Shown: positions 27,698 through 32,000 of the stretch, one piece after another
Layout: every line of letters starts with the position of its first letter
Numbering within the stretch: position 1 is the stretch's first letter
Source: Parendozoicomonas haliclonae
Lineage (GTDB): Bacteria > Pseudomonadota > Gammaproteobacteria > Pseudomonadales > Endozoicomonadaceae
Direction: 5' to 3'
DNA length: 32,000 bases
Assembly: GCF_900174585.1 (NCBI RefSeq)
Contig: NZ_FWPT01000003.1
Location: forward strand, 579,949-611,948
Program-made: the position numbers and the translations under genes
Notes under the pieces: model-generated
Database searches by the model: none
What the model saw: only the letters and a program-made list of their open reading frames with translations
What the model was told of the DNA's origin: nothing

Positions 27698-28645
27698 GTG
27701 AAAAATATCCCTCTGATCACCACCGAGGATTGTGAACACCAGCTGAGCTGGCGGGGTGTGATGGAAGCTCTGGCAGATGGACACAAGGCTGAACGCGCCC
27801 AGATAGACGACATACTGTTTCAGCAAGATGGCAAATCCCTGCTGAACCGTGCAGCCTGGATTAACGGGAAAGGCATGGGCGTGAAAACAGCCACCATCTT
27901 TCCCAACAACCAGAACCTGGCCAAGCCTCTGCCAAATGTAAATGCCGTCTTTTCCCTCTTTGAAGACTGTACCGGTTTACCCACAGCGATTATTGATGGC
28001 ACCTTTCTGACCAAGTGGAAAACAGCGGGGGATTCCATTCTCGGCAGCCACTTTCTGGCCCGTCAGGATAGCCGCACGCTGGTGATTCTTGGGGCTGGAG
28101 CTGTGGCTGAATCTCTGGTTGAAGCCTACAGCGAAGCATTCCCAAATCTGGAACAGATTGTTCTCTGGAACCGCACCTTTGCCAAGGCTCAGGATATTGC
28201 GGCACGCTATTCCACGCCCTCACGCCCGGTGATCGCCACACAGAATCTGGAACAGGCGATTCGCAGTGCCGATATAGTGTCGTCTGCCACCATGTCCATT
28301 GAGCCGTTTATCAATGGCGACTGGGTACAGCCCGGAACTCATATTGACCTGATTGGTGCATTCCGACCGGATATGCGTGAGGCGATGGATAACCTGATCA
28401 CCAAAGCGCGTCTATTTGTCGATGCCAGAGAAACGACTCTGCATGATATTGGTGAGATCAGAATCCCTCTCGAACAGGGAACCATTAGCGAAGCCGATAT
28501 TATTGCGGACTTCTATGATCTATGCGCCGGAACACCCGGGAGGCAAAATGATCAGGAAATCACTCTGTTTAAAAATGGTGGTGGCGCACACCTGGATGTT
28601 ATGACGGCACTGTACATTTACAACCGCCACAGGAGTGCTGTATAA
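27698..28645 (+). CDS. lhpI: Ornithine cyclodeaminase/mu-crystallin family protein, probable Delta1-pyrroline-2-carboxylate reductase
   Basis: Rossmann motif LVILGAGAVAESLVEAY and OCD-family C-terminus (...LFKNGGGAHLDV). I prefer GTG 27698 (AGGA 7 nt upstream, 315 aa, N-terminus VKNIPLITTEDCEHQL typical of the family) over GTG 27620, which lies in the loop of the inverted repeat. Confidence 0.75.
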   Translation: MKNIPLITTEDCEHQLSWRGVMEALADGHKAERAQIDDILFQQDGKSLLNRAAWINGKGMGVKTATIFPNNQNLAKPLPNVNAVFSLFEDCTGLPTAIIDGTFLTKWKTAGDSILGSHFLARQDSRTLVILGAGAVAESLVEAYSEAFPNLEQIVLWNRTFAKAQDIAARYSTPSRPVIATQNLEQAIRSADIVSSATMSIEPFINGDWVQPGTHIDLIGAFRPDMREAMDNLITKARLFVDARETTLHDIGEIRIPLEQGTISEADIIADFYDLCAGTPGRQNDQEITLFKNGGGAHLDVMTALYIYNRHRSAV

Positions 28646-28657
28646 ATTCTATACACC

Positions 28658-28694
28658 CAATGAACGACAGTCTTAGATTATCTGTCGTTCATTG
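28658..28694 (+). terminator. Perfect 13-bp stem-loop after the last Hyp gene (terminator or RNA-stability element; no U-tract)
   Basis: CAATGAACGACAG (28658-28670) pairs with CTGTCGTTCATTG (28682-28694) across an 11-nt loop. It sits 13 nt after the TAA at 28643-28645. Confidence 0.5.
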
Positions 28695-28753
28695 ATGGAG
28701 TGAATAATAAAAGTCTGAAGGAACCCAGACCTAAAAAATAAAAGGATGTTGTA

Positions 28754-28984
28754 TTGAAAGCACCAGCAGCGTTTTTCAAATTCTCCCACTTAATACGCTC
28801 CCTCAGTATTATTGTGTCTCTCTTCGCTCTTGGCTATCTGCTGGGTAAGAATCTTGCCAGAGATGCTCCACTGTATACTTTTGACCGTCCCGTTCTTATT
28901 GCTCTCTATATTTCTTTCCTTTTTATTATTCGGTTGCCATCTAAGCGTTCTGTGCAGCAGGGAAAGTCGGTAGAGACTCAATAG
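28754..28984 (+). CDS. Small 2-TM membrane protein (76 aa), hypothetical
   Basis: TTG start with AAAGGA 7 nt upstream, and no in-frame ATG anywhere in the ORF. Two hydrophobic segments (LSIIVSLFALGYLLG; PVLIALYISFLFIIRL). The stop is 3 nt before the next ATG. AT-rich. Confidence 0.35.
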   Translation: MKAPAAFFKFSHLIRSLSIIVSLFALGYLLGKNLARDAPLYTFDRPVLIALYISFLFIIRLPSKRSVQQGKSVETQ

Positions 28985-28987
28985 CGT

Positions 28988-29482
28988 ATGGATAAAGTGA
29001 GTGTTGTATTTGCGGGGTACTTTCTTGGCTTTGCGATCATTGGCCTACTGGTGATGCCTCTGATGACATTCCTGCACGAGCTGGGTCATGCTCTCCCCAT
29101 ACTTGCCTCTGGCAATAAAGCCCATATTGTAATGGGAACGGGAGACAGTCCATTGACACTGACTTTCAATAATTTAAAGATTTCTCTCTCTCCCACTATC
29201 AGCACCAGCTTTTGTTATTGGGAGGAAAGCCTGACTCAACGAACAGCCTTGCTGGCCTTGATTGCAGGCCCATTGACCTCCTTGCTCATTTCCATGACCT
29301 GTATATTTGTCTATTTCCGTTTTTCCACTTCAGCCGAACTAAGTGGACTGCTGCTCTGCATTGCAGGTATCACATTCTTTCAGTTTTTATTTACGGCGAT
29401 TCCCATGCACTACCCATCATTTATGGGCGCCTATGCAGGCGCCCCCAGTGACGGATACCAGATTCTTCAGCGCCTTAAATAA
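28988..29482 (+). CDS. Minimal M50/site-2-protease-like intramembrane zinc metalloprotease homologue (164 aa)
   Basis: HELGH (29075-29089) is embedded in the first hydrophobic segment (LVMPLMTFLHELGHALPIL). There are 3-4 further TM segments. The C-terminal ...TAIPMHYP...APSDGYQIL resembles the second M50 motif (N-x-x-P-x-x-x-x-D-G). Confidence 0.55.
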   Translation: MDKVSVVFAGYFLGFAIIGLLVMPLMTFLHELGHALPILASGNKAHIVMGTGDSPLTLTFNNLKISLSPTISTSFCYWEESLTQRTALLALIAGPLTSLLISMTCIFVYFRFSTSAELSGLLLCIAGITFFQFLFTAIPMHYPSFMGAYAGAPSDGYQILQRLK

Positions 29483-29701
29483 AAAATCACACAGACACCA
29501 CCACCGCCTCTCCCAACAGGAAAATCCCTCATTGATAAACGGGTATATCCTCATATGGTGTGAATCAGACACCCGCTAAAGTACGCCATCCTGATCCTTG
29601 GATCCGTATGTCCAAAGCCAGAATTGTCTGAGTTCGGTAGGCCTTGACTATAATACCGCCCGTCAGGGGGGATGTTTTCGTATTTATGAGCAGCTGTTGT
29701 A

Positions 29702-30424
29702 ATGGCACAAAGTGAACATATTCTGGTCGTAGATGATTACTATGATATTCGCGATGTGTTGAGCGAGTATCTTGGTAAGCACGGCATGCGCGTCACAACG
29801 GCAGAAAACGGTGCCGAAATGCGTGAGGCACTGGAAAACCATGATGATATTGATCTGATCGTTCTGGATCAGATGCTCCCCGGAGAAGATGGTCTGACCC
29901 TGTGCCGCTATGTTCGCAGCGTGGGCGGCCCGCCAATTATTATTCTTTCCGCGATGGATGAAGAAGCCGATCGGGTCGCCGGTCTGGAAGTCGGTGCTGA
30001 TGATTATCTCTGTAAGCCGTTCAGCACCCGTGAGCTTCTGGCTCGCATTCGCGCCGTTCTGCGTCGAGGACATCACGAAGCTCTGAATCAGATGTCATCC
30101 CATAATGATCGTGTACGTTTTGGCAGCTGGATTCTGGATAACAATCTGCGTCAGCTTGAAGACGAGAGTGAACTGGTTACACCACTCAGTACTGCTGAAT
30201 ACCGGCTGCTTTCAGCCTTTACCAGCCATCCACGCGAAGTACTTAGCCGCGAGCAGCTTTTGGCCTTCACTCAGGATGGTGAAGTTCTGCCGTTTGACCG
30301 CAGCATTGATAATCAGGTGAGTCGTCTGCGTCGTAAGTTGGAGAAGGACACTAAAAACCCTTCCCTCATCAAAACGGTTAGAGGTGGCGGTTACATGCTG
30401 ACAGCGGAAATTATGCCAGTCTGA
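29702..30424 (+). CDS. OmpR/PhoB-family response regulator
   Basis: Receiver domain (ILVVDDYYD, phospho-acceptor context DLIVLDQMLPGEDG, KPF) plus a winged-helix output domain (LSTAEYRLLSAF..., VSRLRRKLE, IKTVRGGGYML). Confidence 0.92.
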   Translation: MAQSEHILVVDDYYDIRDVLSEYLGKHGMRVTTAENGAEMREALENHDDIDLIVLDQMLPGEDGLTLCRYVRSVGGPPIIILSAMDEEADRVAGLEVGADDYLCKPFSTRELLARIRAVLRRGHHEALNQMSSHNDRVRFGSWILDNNLRQLEDESELVTPLSTAEYRLLSAFTSHPREVLSREQLLAFTQDGEVLPFDRSIDNQVSRLRRKLEKDTKNPSLIKTVRGGGYMLTAEIMPV

Positions 30425-31872
30425 TGCCATATCAAACCACAGACTCCAAGGTCCGAATCCGGGACAGGTTGGCTACGCAGATGATCGTAGCCAGTCTTGT
30501 GGTTTTATTCTTGGCACAAGTCATTACCGCCGCAATGATGAATGCAGCCCACAAATCTTACTTTCAAAGTTCAACCCAAGGCTGGTTCATTGACCGCACA
30601 GTTCTGCTCACGCAAAAACTCGTTGCGACATCACCTTCCAATTACGACATTATGAGTGATGCAGCCAGCGCCCCATTCGCCATATTTCGCATTAACTCTC
30701 ACCCTTACCTCACCGAAGATGGCTCCGATAAGGATGATGACGCTCTGAGCAAACTACTGGAAAGCCGACTTGGCAGTCAATATTCCAATCAAATCAGAAG
30801 TCTGGTTGCCTCAGGAGATAAGCTGGACGAATGGAAACAAGCTTGTCTGGCCAACCTTTCGATCGAAGCCCAACCGTGTATCACCTCCTTGAAAGAGGGG
30901 AAGAAACGAATTGACATGGGAACCGAAATCTATTTGGTTGCCGTTTCTATCCCTTTGCCGAATAAGCAATGGCTCAATATTTTTTCCATGGCTCCTGTCG
31001 CACCAATATATCTGGACCATGACACCATTCTTTTCCTGAGTATCTTCGGGGTTCTCCAGCTCATTGCCATACTGATACTCGTCCGGCGTATTACCAGGCC
31101 GTTGAAAAGCCTTGCCATCGCTTCAGACAAATTGGGTAAGGGGGAATCCGTTGCGCTTCTGGAAGAATCCGGCCCTGAAGATGTTCGCAGAACCATTCGC
31201 GCCTTCAATCGCATGAATAACAGCCTGGTGCTTTATATGAAAGAGCGCACTGGCATGCTGGCTTCCATTGCCCATGATCTCCGTACACCATTGACTGGCT
31301 TGAAAATTCGTACTGAGATGCTGCCGGATTCACGAACCAAAACCCGCCTGCTATCAACCATTGGCGAGATGCAGAATATTGTTGAAACCACCGTCCAATT
31401 TATTCGGGAAAATCAACGTGTTGAGCAACCTCGCAGAGTCGATATCAACGCACTGCTTGAAAGTCTCAGTGAAGACTTTCAAGAGATGGGACAGAACGTT
31501 GTCTATTCTCCTGCGGCAGCTCCTATAGCTATTATTTGCCAGCCTGTCGGAATGGGACGAGCCCTACGTAACCTGATTGAGAATGCGGTGAAATACGGCC
31601 ACCGAGCTCGCATATCGCTCCTGCAGGAAGAGCAACATGTTGTGATCAATATCGATGATGACGGGCCGGGGATTGATGACAACGAGATAGAGCGAGTATT
31701 TGAGGCTTTTTTCCGTTCTGAAAAATCACGAAGCCGTGAAACAGGAGGCCTTGGCCTGGGGCTGGCAATCGTTCAGAACATTCTCCATGCCCACCATGGA
31801 GAAATATCTCTCCACAATCGAAAAGAAGGTGGGCTCAATGTGAAAATCACTCTGCCTTATCAGTGCTGCTGA
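30424..31872 (+). CDS. Sensor histidine kinase (2 TM, periplasmic domain, HAMP, HisKA, HATPase_c)
   Basis: H-box SIAHDLRTPLT, N-box LIENAVKYG, G1 DDDGPGI, G2 GGLGLGLAIV. The ATG overlaps the regulator's TGA by 1 nt (30424). Confidence 0.9.
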   Translation: MPYQTTDSKVRIRDRLATQMIVASLVVLFLAQVITAAMMNAAHKSYFQSSTQGWFIDRTVLLTQKLVATSPSNYDIMSDAASAPFAIFRINSHPYLTEDGSDKDDDALSKLLESRLGSQYSNQIRSLVASGDKLDEWKQACLANLSIEAQPCITSLKEGKKRIDMGTEIYLVAVSIPLPNKQWLNIFSMAPVAPIYLDHDTILFLSIFGVLQLIAILILVRRITRPLKSLAIASDKLGKGESVALLEESGPEDVRRTIRAFNRMNNSLVLYMKERTGMLASIAHDLRTPLTGLKIRTEMLPDSRTKTRLLSTIGEMQNIVETTVQFIRENQRVEQPRRVDINALLESLSEDFQEMGQNVVYSPAAAPIAIICQPVGMGRALRNLIENAVKYGHRARISLLQEEQHVVINIDDDGPGIDDNEIERVFEAFFRSEKSRSRETGGLGLGLAIVQNILHAHHGEISLHNRKEGGLNVKITLPYQCC

Positions 31873-32000
31873 TTAATTCTCGCAACCGCACAATAAATAA
31901 TCACCTTAATAGCTGAGCAGCGTCATAAGTCAATATTCTCGATGAAATATGCATATATCAACATCCATATTTCATCATATGCACGAAACGCCTTCACGAA

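Noticed and set aside
29672-29689. Mini-ORFs in the response-regulator leader: ATG TTT TCG TAT TTA TGA, plus an overlapping 9-codon ORF from 29686
   Set aside because: The G-run sits immediately against the ATG with no usable SD spacing. The ORFs are tiny, and nothing distinguishes them from chance in AT-rich leader DNA.
31941-31983. 10-bp inverted repeat GATGAAATAT / ATATTTCATC, with ATATGCA direct repeats, at the window edge
   Set aside because: It is short, almost pure A/T, and the gene it might control lies outside the window, so it cannot be evaluated.

Overview
This window looks like gammaproteobacterial chromosome; the closest homologues I recall are E. coli LacZ, YgjK and PtrA. I recognised no rRNA, tRNA, CRISPR array, transposase or integrase. 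Gene content falls into four blocks. (1) 1-12.6 kb: an M16 zinc-peptidase lipoprotein is divergent from a TonB-dependent receptor, a LacZ-type GH2 beta-galactosidase and a YgjK-type GH63 glucosidase that lacks a signal peptide, followed by a small exported DUF4440-like protein and a GNAT acetyltransferase. (2) 12.6-17.4 kb: a minus-strand run of poorly characterised, mostly envelope proteins (lipoprotein, MazG-like, TPR, Cys-containing secreted protein, S41 lipoprotein peptidase, 4-TM protein, GAGD-repeat beta-solenoid protein). (3) 17.5-28.6 kb: a complete hydroxyproline regulon, with a GntR regulator and alpha-ketoglutarate-semialdehyde dehydrogenase divergent from an amino-acid ABC transporter, a DHDPS-family deaminase, an FAD D-hydroxyproline dehydrogenase, a Cys/Cys 4-Hyp epimerase, a Ser/Thr proline-racemase paralogue (probable trans-3-Hyp dehydratase) and an OCD-family reductase. 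(4) 28.7-31.9 kb: an AT-rich two-gene islet (2-TM peptide plus a minimal M50/site-2-protease-like protein) and an OmpR/histidine-kinase pair. The most interesting hypothesis is that the receptor/LacZ/GH63/M16 locus and the 4-Hyp/3-Hyp genes together salvage collagen glycopeptides (Glc-alpha1,2-Gal-beta-hydroxylysine). Non-coding signals include a perfect 28-bp palindrome in the regulon's divergent promoter and a related 14-bp palindrome at the receptor promoter. They also include shared ATAACAACA / AAnAAnAA leaders at several start codons, an internal terminator in the Hyp operon, and operon-boundary hairpins whose U-tracts face antisense.
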